Part shown: piece by piece, positions 19,496-28,221 of the stretch | How the letters are laid out: each line of letters starts with the position of its first letter | Numbering within the stretch: position 1 is the first letter of the stretch | Assembly (NCBI GenBank): GCA_048938895.1 | Contig: JBHLLU010000032.1 | Coordinates: 1-46,447, forward strand | DNA: 46,447 nucleotides | Direction: 5' to 3' | Source: Promethearchaeota archaeon | GTDB taxonomy: Archaea > Asgardarchaeota > Lokiarchaeia > Sigyniarchaeales > SOKP01 | The notes under the pieces: generated by a model | What the model saw: only the letters and a program-made list of their open reading frames with translations | Told to the model about the DNA's origin: nothing | Databases searched by the model: none | Program-made: the position numbers and the translations under genes

Positions 19496-21631
19496 ATGTC
19501 ACAGGTTTACCTTAAGAAAACTATTTTATCTTGTATTATTCTTCTTATACTTTTACCAATAACAGGCTTATCCTTTAACTTTCTATCTACTAGATTTGAA
19601 ATATCAAAGTCTATGGAATTGAATGCATCTGCCAATGGATATACTAATGTTGATTTATCAATCATTCCTGAAATTGATTATGATACTTTGAATGATACGT
19701 GGTATAACGCCAAAATAGAAATGTTAATTATTACCCCAAATGACATTAATTATATTGACGCTGTAAAACCCCTGATGGAATGGAAAAATGAAAAAGGAGT
19801 AAAAACCATAACTTTAAGCAATTTTACATTATATGATGGCATAGATGATGCCGAGCGTATAAGAACAATGATAAAATCATACTATGAAAAGGAGAATATT
19901 CAATGGGTTTTATTAGCAGGGGATGCACAAAATGATATTCTCCCTATTAGAAACGTATATAATCCTGATGTAGTACGATGGGGTGGTGGAAGAACTGAAA
20001 CGGTTGGCGGTGAGTATTACAAACCTACAGATTTTTATTACGCAGATCTTACAAGCACTTGGGATAATGATGGTGTTGGAAATAATGGTGACGGAAAGTG
20101 GGGGGAAGCTCCAAAAGATACAGACCATGGATTAGATGAAATTTCATGGATTCCCGAAGTGTATGTGGGAAGGCTACCTGCTAATAATGCTAATGAGCTT
20201 GAGAGTATGATAAATAAGACTTTAATGTATGAAACCAACCCAAGTGAAGGAGATTGGATGAATCGAATGTTGTTAGCGGGGGGTGTATCAAGTTATAGCG
20301 TTTCTGGGGATGATACAGGAGAATATGAAAGCGATCTTACAAATTATATAATCCAGAACTATGCAAAGTCAGTCATTAATTATACCCATCTTATAAAAGA
20401 AACAGGAAATCTTTCTCATTCTACTCTTAATACGAATTTCAATAGCGGATATTCAGCTGTTATTATGGCGGGTCATGGAGCTCCAACACGATTTTATATA
20501 GATCCTTCTACTATAGGCTATACAGATGTAGATGCTACTTCCTCCTCTAATTCTTATATGCCCTCATTAGTATATCTTGATGCTTGTACTATGTCAAGTT
20601 TTGACATAAACGATGGAAGTATCGGTGAGTTATTGATTAAAAATCAAAATGCGGGTGCAATAGGGGTAATTGGTGCCATAAGAGTTAGTTGGTATTTCGA
20701 AGATGATAATAATCTTGAGAAATTAAATCGGGGGAATGCAAAGCTCTTTTGGAAGGAATTTTATGAAAATAGAAAATTTCAACAAGGAAGAGCTTTATAC
20801 GATTCTAAAGTATCCTATATCAATAGTGATTATTACACTAAAGGTCCAGGGTCGACAAATTATGATTTTGAGCGTAAAAACCTATTAACCTATAATCTTT
20901 TAGGAGATCCAGAAGTTGATATTTATACTAATATACCAAAAAAGGCATCAGACCCTTTTACTGAAATGAATTATGAAGGAGGTTTTGTTACTGTAACCAT
21001 CAAGGATAATAAAGATTCAATAATCCCATATGCTAGAGTCCATTTCCGAACTTCTGATGGCAAATATTTTACTACATATGCAGATATTAATGGTGTGGTT
21101 AAATTCAGATTACCCAAACAAACAAATGAGTTTTATAATGTGACTATTACGGGTCATAATTTAAAACCATCCCACTTTAATTTCACAACTGAACCAGATA
21201 CCATTAAACCAGAATTAAAAAAAGTTTCTTGTTCACCTCGGAATCCTGCAACCTCAGATATAATAGGTTTCAATGTTGACCTTGAAGATGATCGTTCAGG
21301 AATTGAAAGTATATACCTCTTTATTTCGGATAATAATTTCAAGAATTATACATATTTTACTGCATCAAACGATTATTTAGAAAATGATAGTAGCTTCATA
21401 TTTAATATTGATCGCAATCTTCCTGGAAAGTATTCATATTTTCTTGTAGCGAGAGATTATGCAAATAACACTAACATTTTTTATGAACAAAATTTCAAGT
21501 TTACTATTTCAGAGCCTATTGCTAATTATATCTTTCCAATATCTCTAATTGCCGTTGTAGCTCTTGTTGGTGTTTCCATCCTATTTATTTACAGAAATAT
21601 TCAGAGATATTCACGAATGAATATCAAATAA
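19496..21631 (+). CDS. Peptidase C25 (gingipain-like) family, secreted and C-terminally anchored
   Basis: N-terminal hydrophobic signal; WVLLAGD, TDFYYADL, VGRLP, AGHG (His), LDAC (Cys), YNLLGDP; C-terminal TM helix. Confidence 0.9.
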   Translation: MSQVYLKKTILSCIILLILLPITGLSFNFLSTRFEISKSMELNASANGYTNVDLSIIPEIDYDTLNDTWYNAKIEMLIITPNDINYIDAVKPLMEWKNEKGVKTITLSNFTLYDGIDDAERIRTMIKSYYEKENIQWVLLAGDAQNDILPIRNVYNPDVVRWGGGRTETVGGEYYKPTDFYYADLTSTWDNDGVGNNGDGKWGEAPKDTDHGLDEISWIPEVYVGRLPANNANELESMINKTLMYETNPSEGDWMNRMLLAGGVSSYSVSGDDTGEYESDLTNYIIQNYAKSVINYTHLIKETGNLSHSTLNTNFNSGYSAVIMAGHGAPTRFYIDPSTIGYTDVDATSSSNSYMPSLVYLDACTMSSFDINDGSIGELLIKNQNAGAIGVIGAIRVSWYFEDDNNLEKLNRGNAKLFWKEFYENRKFQQGRALYDSKVSYINSDYYTKGPGSTNYDFERKNLLTYNLLGDPEVDIYTNIPKKASDPFTEMNYEGGFVTVTIKDNKDSIIPYARVHFRTSDGKYFTTYADINGVVKFRLPKQTNEFYNVTITGHNLKPSHFNFTTEPDTIKPELKKVSCSPRNPATSDIIGFNVDLEDDRSGIESIYLFISDNNFKNYTYFTASNDYLENDSSFIFNIDRNLPGKYSYFLVARDYANNTNIFYEQNFKFTISEPIANYIFPISLIAVVALVGVSILFIYRNIQRYSRMNIK

Positions 21632-21638
21632 ATTAGAA

Positions 21639-22211
21639 TTATTCACCATTTTTTGAATTTTCTTTTTGAGATACTTTAGGCTTTCTTAAATGAAGGAGAT
21701 AGGAAATTGAGCTTATGGTACTAAAGATTCCCTGTACTATAAGCGCAAAACATATTAGAAACACAGCAAGCAAATCGTTATAAATAAATAAAAATATGAT
21801 AATAAAAACTCCTGCCAGAGTAAATTTTATTATATAGGAAAGTTCACTGAATAAAATTTTCCCGATAGTTGAACTTTTTGCTCTAGATTGTAATTCATTA
21901 TAATATTGGACCTCTCCAGCTTCCTTTATATACCAACTCCCTTCAATATTATTAGCAAAAAGTAAGATACTCCACCAAAAAATAAAAAAACTAAAATAGA
22001 AATCTAAAGCACCTAAAACTATGAGAGGTGTTTGCATCAAAATCATCCCTTTCCACCTAATTCGTCTAGCCAATCTATTAGTCTCTAACCTTAATTGTTT
22101 CGAAACAAATCTCGTACTTATTAAATCGAGAGATCTCCCCATTACAGTTATAAGAGCATTTATCAGAAATTGATACCACTGAACTTCTTGAGTGATTAAT
22201 TGAAATATCAT
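21639..22211 (-). CDS. Hypothetical membrane protein
   Basis: Several hydrophobic segments; DLIST...ETN pattern. Confidence 0.7.
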   Translation of the reverse strand: MIFQLITQEVQWYQFLINALITVMGRSLDLISTRFVSKQLRLETNRLARRIRWKGMILMQTPLIVLGALDFYFSFFIFWWSILLFANNIEGSWYIKEAGEVQYYNELQSRAKSSTIGKILFSELSYIIKFTLAGVFIIIFLFIYNDLLAVFLICFALIVQGIFSTISSISYLLHLRKPKVSQKENSKNGE

Positions 22212-22330
22212 GTTCTAGGGCATATCTTAGTTTACACCTTTTAAATTTTGCCTTTTTCTATGATAAAGTTTAATTACTAGTCTTTATTATTTCTACTTAC
22301 TCTTTACCTAATAAGAAGGTATTTACATAG

Positions 22331-22350
22331 GAAATAACCGTACTTATTAA
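22331..22350 (+). promoter_or_regulatory. Candidate BRE/TATA promoter for the 5S-like RNA
   Basis: TTATTAA at 22344-22350, about 25 nt upstream of the start of the terminal stem (22370). Confidence 0.45.
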
Positions 22351-22369
22351 AAGGTAAACTAGTGGTCTG

Positions 22370-22579
22370 ATAACCACATAAATCCGTAGCATCTCGCTAC
22401 AGCGCTGGAACCATCCGAACCCGGAAGTTAAACTGGTTGGTGTTATAGAGAGTACTGCAATTGCTAGTTACAACTCCTTCCGTGTTGTAAGTGAAATTTG
22501 TGGGAAACTATAAACTGTAAGCTAGCTTACGGTCATGGCCTACAAGGATAATACCCGGTCTCGCTATTTATGTGGTTAT
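22370..22579. repeat. Perfect 14-bp inverted repeat enclosing the 5S-like RNA
   Basis: ATAACCACATAAAT (22370-22383) is the exact reverse complement of ATTTATGTGGTTAT (22566-22579). Confidence 0.9.
22405..22563 (+). rRNA. rrf: 5S rRNA, circularly permuted (3' part 22413-22522 precedes 5' part 22525-22563)
   Basis: 5S signatures CCGAACCCGGAAGTTAA, AGTA/GGGAAA loop E, helix V TTATAG/CTATAA, 3' end CTGTAAGC, followed by the canonical 5' end GCTTACGGTCAT...ACCCGGTCTCG. Confidence 0.85.
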
Positions 22580-22672
22580 AAGTCATAATTTCTTTTACAG
22601 ATTCTTAAAATTAACTTTTTATATCTTCCATTATAACTTATATCTATATTAAAAGGAAATGATTCGATAAAT

Positions 22673-23215
22673 ATGCCAAAAAAGTATATTGTATTTTTCA
22701 AAAGCATTGGACGAAGATGGTTCTTAATACTTGTGATCATAATTATTATTGTTGCCATTTTTAATCCAATTGCGGCGATTTGGATGGCAGGAATAACATT
22801 AGGATTATTTTTACTCTCATTTATTCCAAGACTCTTTTTCAAAAATAAACTTGAAAAATTTATGAAGAAGTTTTATAAGATTGAAGATGAGTTAATTGCT
22901 AAAAAATTAAAAAGACCTCTTAAGAAAATTAGAGAAGAGATGTTCGATTTGTCTCAAAATCAAGAGAAAAAGAAATGGTTAATTGTATTCTTAAATAAAC
23001 AGTATATTCGATACCATCAAGACACAATTGAAGCTTTTAAAGAGGTATATAATAAAGGGTATAGTGAAAAAGAGATGCTGGACGAGTTAAAAGAATTTAA
23101 GATTACAACAAGAGCTGAAATCAAGGTGATTCAAGATACTCTAATTAAACTTAAGAAGTTAAATGAGAGAGAGATATCTGTAAAGGAACACAAAGACAAA
23201 CAAAAATACGGCTAA
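22673..23215 (+). CDS. Hypothetical protein, two N-terminal TM helices and basic cytoplasmic domain
   Basis: 180-aa ORF with ATG start and a hydrophobic hairpin. Confidence 0.75.
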   Translation: MPKKYIVFFKSIGRRWFLILVIIIIIVAIFNPIAAIWMAGITLGLFLLSFIPRLFFKNKLEKFMKKFYKIEDELIAKKLKRPLKKIREEMFDLSQNQEKKKWLIVFLNKQYIRYHQDTIEAFKEVYNKGYSEKEMLDELKEFKITTRAEIKVIQDTLIKLKKLNEREISVKEHKDKQKYG

Positions 23216-23238
23216 TATATATAATTAATTATTTAATA

Positions 23239-23709
23239 TCATCGTCTTCTTCCCCTTTTTACAGCTGAAAATTCAAGGATTATTCCTAATAGATTCTCTG
23301 TGTCCATATATGCATATTTTAAACCAACAATTTTGCCAGTTTGTAATACACCTATCCCTTCTTCTTCAAATTTATCGATTACAGACTGAAGATCATTCAC
23401 ATCACAACGAATATGGTGTAACCCCTCTCTTCCCTGGTCTAAGAATTCCTTGTGGATACATTCGCCTTCTTCGAATTGTATTAACTCAAACTCAACATTG
23501 TTAAAAAGCCGACTAAATCCCCCATAAGCAGTCCATTTTGTCTGCTTCCCACGATAGACGATTTCCATTTCAATAGGTCCTAAAATATTGAATTTTGGGA
23601 TTCCGAAAAATTGCTCCATTATTTGTGCTTGTTTTGTAATATCTCTATAAACAAATCCTAATTGTTCCACTTTGTAATTACTCAAATCGTCAAGTAGATT
23701 ATTTTCCAT
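23239..23709 (-). CDS. VOC/glyoxalase family protein (methylmalonyl-CoA epimerase-like)
   Basis: QLGFVYRD, VEFELIQ, FLDQGREGLHHI, YAYMDT...GIILE; ATG 23709 preferred. Confidence 0.87.
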   Translation of the reverse strand: MENNLLDDLSNYKVEQLGFVYRDITKQAQIMEQFFGIPKFNILGPIEMEIVYRGKQTKWTAYGGFSRLFNNVEFELIQFEEGECIHKEFLDQGREGLHHIRCDVNDLQSVIDKFEEEGIGVLQTGKIVGLKYAYMDTENLLGIILEFSAVKRGRRR

Positions 23710-23829
23710 TTTAGTTCTTCTCAATTATTTATTTGTTATACTTATTGGTACTCAAAGCTATTTATAGATTTTCTCTTACCAATTGAAAGATAAAAAATTG
23801 AAATTTAATAAAAAAAAGTTGATTTGAAG

Positions 23830-24123
23830 CTAATCTATTGCCCCAAATTCCAAATCAAAACTAAAATATTTTCTTACTGGTTTCTTAACATCCCAGACGC
23901 ATTTTAATCCTTTTTCAAATTGTACAAGATCTCCTTTTTTAAACTCGATTTTCTCTCCTGAGATGGGATCCCTTACTTCCACCTCACCATCTAGTATGTA
24001 GCATGTTTCAGTATCACCATAAGACCAATCAAATTCACTCACTTCCTTGCTCCACGTACCCCATGACTCCACATCTAATCGCTTTAAATCATCTTCACTG
24101 GGAATCTTTTTTTTCATTTTCAT
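23830..24123 (-). CDS. Cupin-domain protein (DUF861/Cupin_3)
   Basis: WGTWSKEVSEFDWSY..ETCYILDGEV, GDLVQFEKG..CVWDV; ATG at 24123 with SD GAGGTGA 7 nt upstream. Confidence 0.9.
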   Translation of the reverse strand: MKMKKKIPSEDDLKRLDVESWGTWSKEVSEFDWSYGDTETCYILDGEVEVRDPISGEKIEFKKGDLVQFEKGLKCVWDVKKPVRKYFSFDLEFGAID

Positions 24124-24406
24124 ATTTAAATCACCTCTTTCAGTGAGACTTGTAGAAATTATTATTCCTAGATTAATAAAATTTATTTTGAAATTGTTTA
24201 TTAATGAATTATATTTGGAAAAAAGAATAAAAATCAAAAATAAAATAATATTATTAAATAAAACCTAAAATCAAAGTATCGTTTGAAAAAAGAATATTAA
24301 TTCGTATTAAGATTATATTTATAACTTCATTATTAATCTGAATAGGATTCTCGAAAGATTAATATTTTAATATTATTCGTCCAATAAGGAAAAAGGGATT
24401 ATAAGA

Positions 24407-24928
24407 ATGCCACAGAAATTTATACTTAAAATCTTGACTGCAGGAGAGGGAGGTGTTGGAAAAACCACACTCTTACATAGATACGTGGAAGGGAAGTTCT
24501 CAGCAGAAACTCGTATGACTATTGGTGTTGAATTCTTCCTAAAGGAGACGGAAATTGACGGAAAACAATGTACACTGCAGCTCTGGGATTTTGGAGGTCA
24601 AGAGCGTTTCCGTTTTTTACTTGAAAGTTATGTGCTTGGAGCAAAAGGTGCATTGCTGATGTTTGACCTTACACGGATGATGACATTAGAAAATCTTGAA
24701 CAATGGCTCAATATTGTTCGAAAGGGAGACCCTAATCTTCCCGTTCTTTTTTTGGGTACAAAATTGGACTTGATAGATGAAATCCAAGTAGATGATGACT
24801 ATGCGAGAACATTTCTCGAGGAATTTAATCTTATTGATTTTCTTAAAATTTCATCCAAAACGGGCGAAAATGTAGGAAATGCTTTTGATATACTCACAAA
24901 AAAAATATTAGAGCGACAGACTTATTGA
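24407..24928 (+). CDS. Rab/Ras-like small GTPase
   Basis: GEGGVGKT, TIGVEF, WDFGGQERF, GTKLD, SSK. Confidence 0.95.
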   Translation: MPQKFILKILTAGEGGVGKTTLLHRYVEGKFSAETRMTIGVEFFLKETEIDGKQCTLQLWDFGGQERFRFLLESYVLGAKGALLMFDLTRMMTLENLEQWLNIVRKGDPNLPVLFLGTKLDLIDEIQVDDDYARTFLEEFNLIDFLKISSKTGENVGNAFDILTKKILERQTY

Positions 24929-25368
24929 AGTCTAATATAACCCTAATAGTACTTGACTCAAATTTCATTTTACTTCCTTTTCAATTTAAAATCGATTATT
25001 TAAATGAAATTAGGAACAATTTGGAAGGAAAATTAAGATTTATCATATTTCAACAAGTTTTAAATGAGCTTAAGGCTAAGAGAAATAGAGAGATTAGATC
25101 CACAAAATTTAAGAGATTGCTTGATGCGGGATTGATGTATTTAGAAAAGAATAAAGGAAAGTTTGAGATTGATTTTATGGAGGATATCAAAGATGAAAAT
25201 GAATCAACGGATGATTTTCTATTTAGAAAGACAATGGAACAAAAGGATAAATCTCACATGATTTTTCTTGCTACTAATGATTCTGATTTACGCAGAAGGG
25301 CAAGATTGGCGAAATTAAACACTATATATCTCCGACAAAAAAAATTTTTGGTCATAGAGAGAACTTAA
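24925..25368 (+). CDS. PIN-domain protein (COG1412, Fcf1/Utp23-like)
   Basis: LDSNF, VLNEL, TDD, LATNDSDLRRR, YLRQKK; start overlaps the GTPase stop. Confidence 0.88.
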   Translation: MKSNITLIVLDSNFILLPFQFKIDYLNEIRNNLEGKLRFIIFQQVLNELKAKRNREIRSTKFKRLLDAGLMYLEKNKGKFEIDFMEDIKDENESTDDFLFRKTMEQKDKSHMIFLATNDSDLRRRARLAKLNTIYLRQKKFLVIERT

Positions 25369-25454
25369 ATAAAGAGTCAAGAAAAAATACTACATATAAA
25401 TTTTAATCTAAATTTCTTTTATATTAATAATATAAATTTTAATATTAGTATAGA

Positions 25455-25964
25455 ATGGCTAAACTTCTTAAAGTAATAACGGCGGGAGACGGTGGAGTAG
25501 GAAAGACTACACTTCTTTACAGATATGTGGAAGGGAAATTCCTAGCAGATACAAAGATGACTCTTGGTGTGGAATTCTTTTTGAAAGAAATCAATATTAA
25601 AGGAGAAATAGTTAACCTGCAGGTCTGGGATTTTGGAGGGCAAGATCATTTCCGACCTTTATTAGAAAATTACTCTGTAGGGGCAAGAGGAGCTCTTTTA
25701 TTATTTGATCTTACGCGTCCCTCAAGTTTAGAAAATATTGAACAGTGGGTGAATATATGCCGAGGAAAAAATCCAGGAATTCCAATAATTTTCCTGGGAA
25801 CAAAGTTAGATTTAACGGAATCACTAACTGTGGATGATAGATTTGCCCGAACTTTTCCAAAAAGGTATGATTTCTTTAAATACCTGAAAATTTCATCTAA
25901 AACAGGCCAAAATGTGAATCTAGCTTTTAAATTACTTACGAAAGAAATCATCAAGAATCTTTAA
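25455..25964 (+). CDS. Rab/Ras-like small GTPase
   Basis: GDGGVGKT, TLGVEF, WDFGGQ, GTKLD, SSK; paralog of 24407..24928. Confidence 0.95.
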   Translation: MAKLLKVITAGDGGVGKTTLLYRYVEGKFLADTKMTLGVEFFLKEINIKGEIVNLQVWDFGGQDHFRPLLENYSVGARGALLLFDLTRPSSLENIEQWVNICRGKNPGIPIIFLGTKLDLTESLTVDDRFARTFPKRYDFFKYLKISSKTGQNVNLAFKLLTKEIIKNL

Positions 25965-25978
25965 TCTAAATTTTCAAT

Positions 25979-27166
25979 TTATAAGCGGTTTAGTATAATA
26001 GTCTTAATATCATCCTTATTTAATTCAATTGGATTACTCTTTAATCCTGTTTTTTCAAGAAGTAATTCCAAATCTCCAGCTTTTATTCCATAATTTCCTA
26101 ATCGTTCTAAATTCAATTTATTTATCCAAGTATCAAGAGTTTTTACTAATATTGAGCAATTTTCGTAAATTTTGTCTCTTTTCAATGATTTTATACCTGA
26201 AAATAGAGAGCCTATATCTGCATATTTTTTTAGACTTTCAATTCCTTTAGATCCTTGTTCTTTTAATTTGCTTATATTTTTCTTAGTGGCTTCAGCTAAG
26301 AGTGTACCACATATAACTCCATGAGGAATATCAAACATACCTCCAATTGAACTAGCTAATCCATGAACAATACCAAGTCCCGCATTTGCTAGAGTTATTC
26401 CTGAAACAAGAGAAGCATAAGCTACAGAAGCACGAACTTCGGTCTTTGATGCACCACTTGAACAAGCAGGAATTAGATTTTGGCTTATAAGCTTCATACC
26501 GCTAAAGGCTAAAGCATCTGTCATGGGATTTGCTTGAGATGAAACATATGCTTCAATTAACTGGGTAAAGGCATCCATCCCACATGAAGCTGAAATTAAT
26601 GGAGGACATGAAATCATAAGTTCAGGATCAATTAAAGCAACTTCAGGGATAAATTTATTATGGCGTAATGATTTCTTAAACCCATTTGGTCCAATTTCGC
26701 TAATAACTGCGTTTTTGGTTGCTTCACTTCCAGTTCCAGAAGTAGTAGGAATAGCTATAAATGGAATTTTATTTCCATCATGAGTTTTGGTACCAACACC
26801 TTCTAAATAGTTCTTTATTGAATCTTGTTTTGTAATCATTGCTGAAATGGCTTTCCCTGCGTCGGTAACGCTTCCGCCCCCAATACTAACTACCAGATCA
26901 ATATTTTTATTCCGAAATTTCGCTACAGCATCGTCAATGAGAGTAGGAGATGGTTCACTTGAAATTGAGATTTCTTGATAATTCAATGATTTATTCTCTA
27001 ATGCAGTGGTTATTTCATCCCATTTACCTGAATTCTTGAGTGATTTCTTACCAATAACAAAAAGGATATTAGTTCCGAATTTTGGTATGATATCATAAAG
27101 TTCTTTTATTTTTCCTGCCCCAAAAATAATATGTGGGATTCTGGCAAAATTAAATGAGGGTATCAT
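25979..27166 (-). CDS. Iron-containing alcohol dehydrogenase
   Basis: GGGSVTDAGK, PTTSGTGSEAT, DAFTQLIE, GLGIVHG, PHG. Confidence 0.93.
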   Translation of the reverse strand: MIPSFNFARIPHIIFGAGKIKELYDIIPKFGTNILFVIGKKSLKNSGKWDEITTALENKSLNYQEISISSEPSPTLIDDAVAKFRNKNIDLVVSIGGGSVTDAGKAISAMITKQDSIKNYLEGVGTKTHDGNKIPFIAIPTTSGTGSEATKNAVISEIGPNGFKKSLRHNKFIPEVALIDPELMISCPPLISASCGMDAFTQLIEAYVSSQANPMTDALAFSGMKLISQNLIPACSSGASKTEVRASVAYASLVSGITLANAGLGIVHGLASSIGGMFDIPHGVICGTLLAEATKKNISKLKEQGSKGIESLKKYADIGSLFSGIKSLKRDKIYENCSILVKTLDTWINKLNLERLGNYGIKAGDLELLLEKTGLKSNPIELNKDDIKTIILNRL

Positions 27167-27302
27167 AATCTTTATGAGAGATCTTTTTTCAAAATCGTTA
27201 TATTTATTATAATAAACTATGAATCTCTTTATAATGGGTAAGATTTATAATTTACTCTAGATAATTTGATTTATAACATAATTGCACCTTTGGTGATCTA
27301 CA

Positions 27303-27638
27303 ATTAAAAAAGTTCATGAAAGGGATTTTGAATATAGAGGTGGGACATCGGGAGTTAAATATTTAATGCGAGGTCCATCTATAGATTGGGGCGTTATTTT
27401 ACTTAAACCTGGAGAAATGATGGCTGAAGTAGCACATGGACATAATATTATTGATGAAACATTTTATTTCGTAGAGGGTGATGGAATCATGATAGTGGAT
27501 AACAAGGAGCACCCAGCACCTGAGGGAACTGTGTTTTTAGTGGAACCGAAGGAGATGCATAATATTAGAAACGATTCAGACAAAAAAATCAAAATTATCT
27601 TCATTAAGGGTGAATATAAACCGGAAGATAAAATTTGA
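27303..27638 (+). CDS. Cupin-domain protein
   Basis: HGH...ETFYFVEG...EMH. Frame open upstream of ATG 27366 (IKKVHERDFEYRGGTSGVKYL) to in-frame TGA at 27294; probable ATT start at 27303. Confidence 0.85.
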   Translation: MKKVHERDFEYRGGTSGVKYLMRGPSIDWGVILLKPGEMMAEVAHGHNIIDETFYFVEGDGIMIVDNKEHPAPEGTVFLVEPKEMHNIRNDSDKKIKIIFIKGEYKPEDKI

Positions 27639-27669
27639 ATTCGAAATACCCAATTATTAGTGAATTATT

Positions 27670-28047
27670 ATGGCAAAAAAAAAAGGTAAACAAGGAAGAA
27701 AAGGTAGTGGACATGAAGAACCTGTAATTACAAGGGTTAAATATCCGAGTAAGAAATTAGGTGAAATGTTTGCAATTGTAGTCGATATCCTAGGAGGTGA
27801 TAGGATGAGAGTTTTCTGTGAAGATGGGAAACATAGAATCGGAAGAATACGCGGTAAAATTAAAAAAAGAGTTTGGATTCGTCGTGGGGATCTAGTGATT
27901 GTAAATCCATGGGAATGGGCTACAGAATCTCAAGATAAATTAAGTAAATGTGAAATCTCATGGAGATACACAAGAGCTGAAATTTCATGGTTAGAACGTA
28001 ACAATAAAATTCCAGAAATTTTAGATATTAATAATATATCATTTTAG
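27670..28047 (+). CDS. eif1a: Translation initiation factor aIF1A
   Basis: LGGDRMRVFCEDGKHRIGRIRGKIKKRVWIRRGDLVIVNPW...WRYT. Confidence 0.96.
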   Translation: MAKKKGKQGRKGSGHEEPVITRVKYPSKKLGEMFAIVVDILGGDRMRVFCEDGKHRIGRIRGKIKKRVWIRRGDLVIVNPWEWATESQDKLSKCEISWRYTRAEISWLERNNKIPEILDINNISF

Positions 28048-28221
28048 TTTCAATTACTTCTATAAAATGTGAATTTAATACCTTGATTAAGGGATGCTCT
28101 CTATAAATTAACTACTTTTTAAAAAGCAAAATTTTATAATTTAATAATTACATATTAGTATAGACTATTTTTCTTTATGATTTATTAAAAACCTAAATTC
28201 AAATGAGATTCGTGAAAAAAG

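Noticed and set aside
22370-22579. Alternative readings of the structured RNA as a MITE, tRNA or SRP RNA
   Set aside because: The interior carries multiple ordered 5S signatures with correct pairing; no cloverleaf, SRP motif or evident target-site duplication.
22576-22842. 88-aa minus-strand ORF next to the 5S locus
   Set aside because: Mostly antisense to 22673..23215, with no recognisable content.
24124-24237. N-terminal extension of the cupin ORF in the track (similarly 41159-41269 for the thioredoxin-like ORF)
   Set aside because: AT-rich, promoter-like sequence; better internal ATG starts exist (24123 with SD, 41158).
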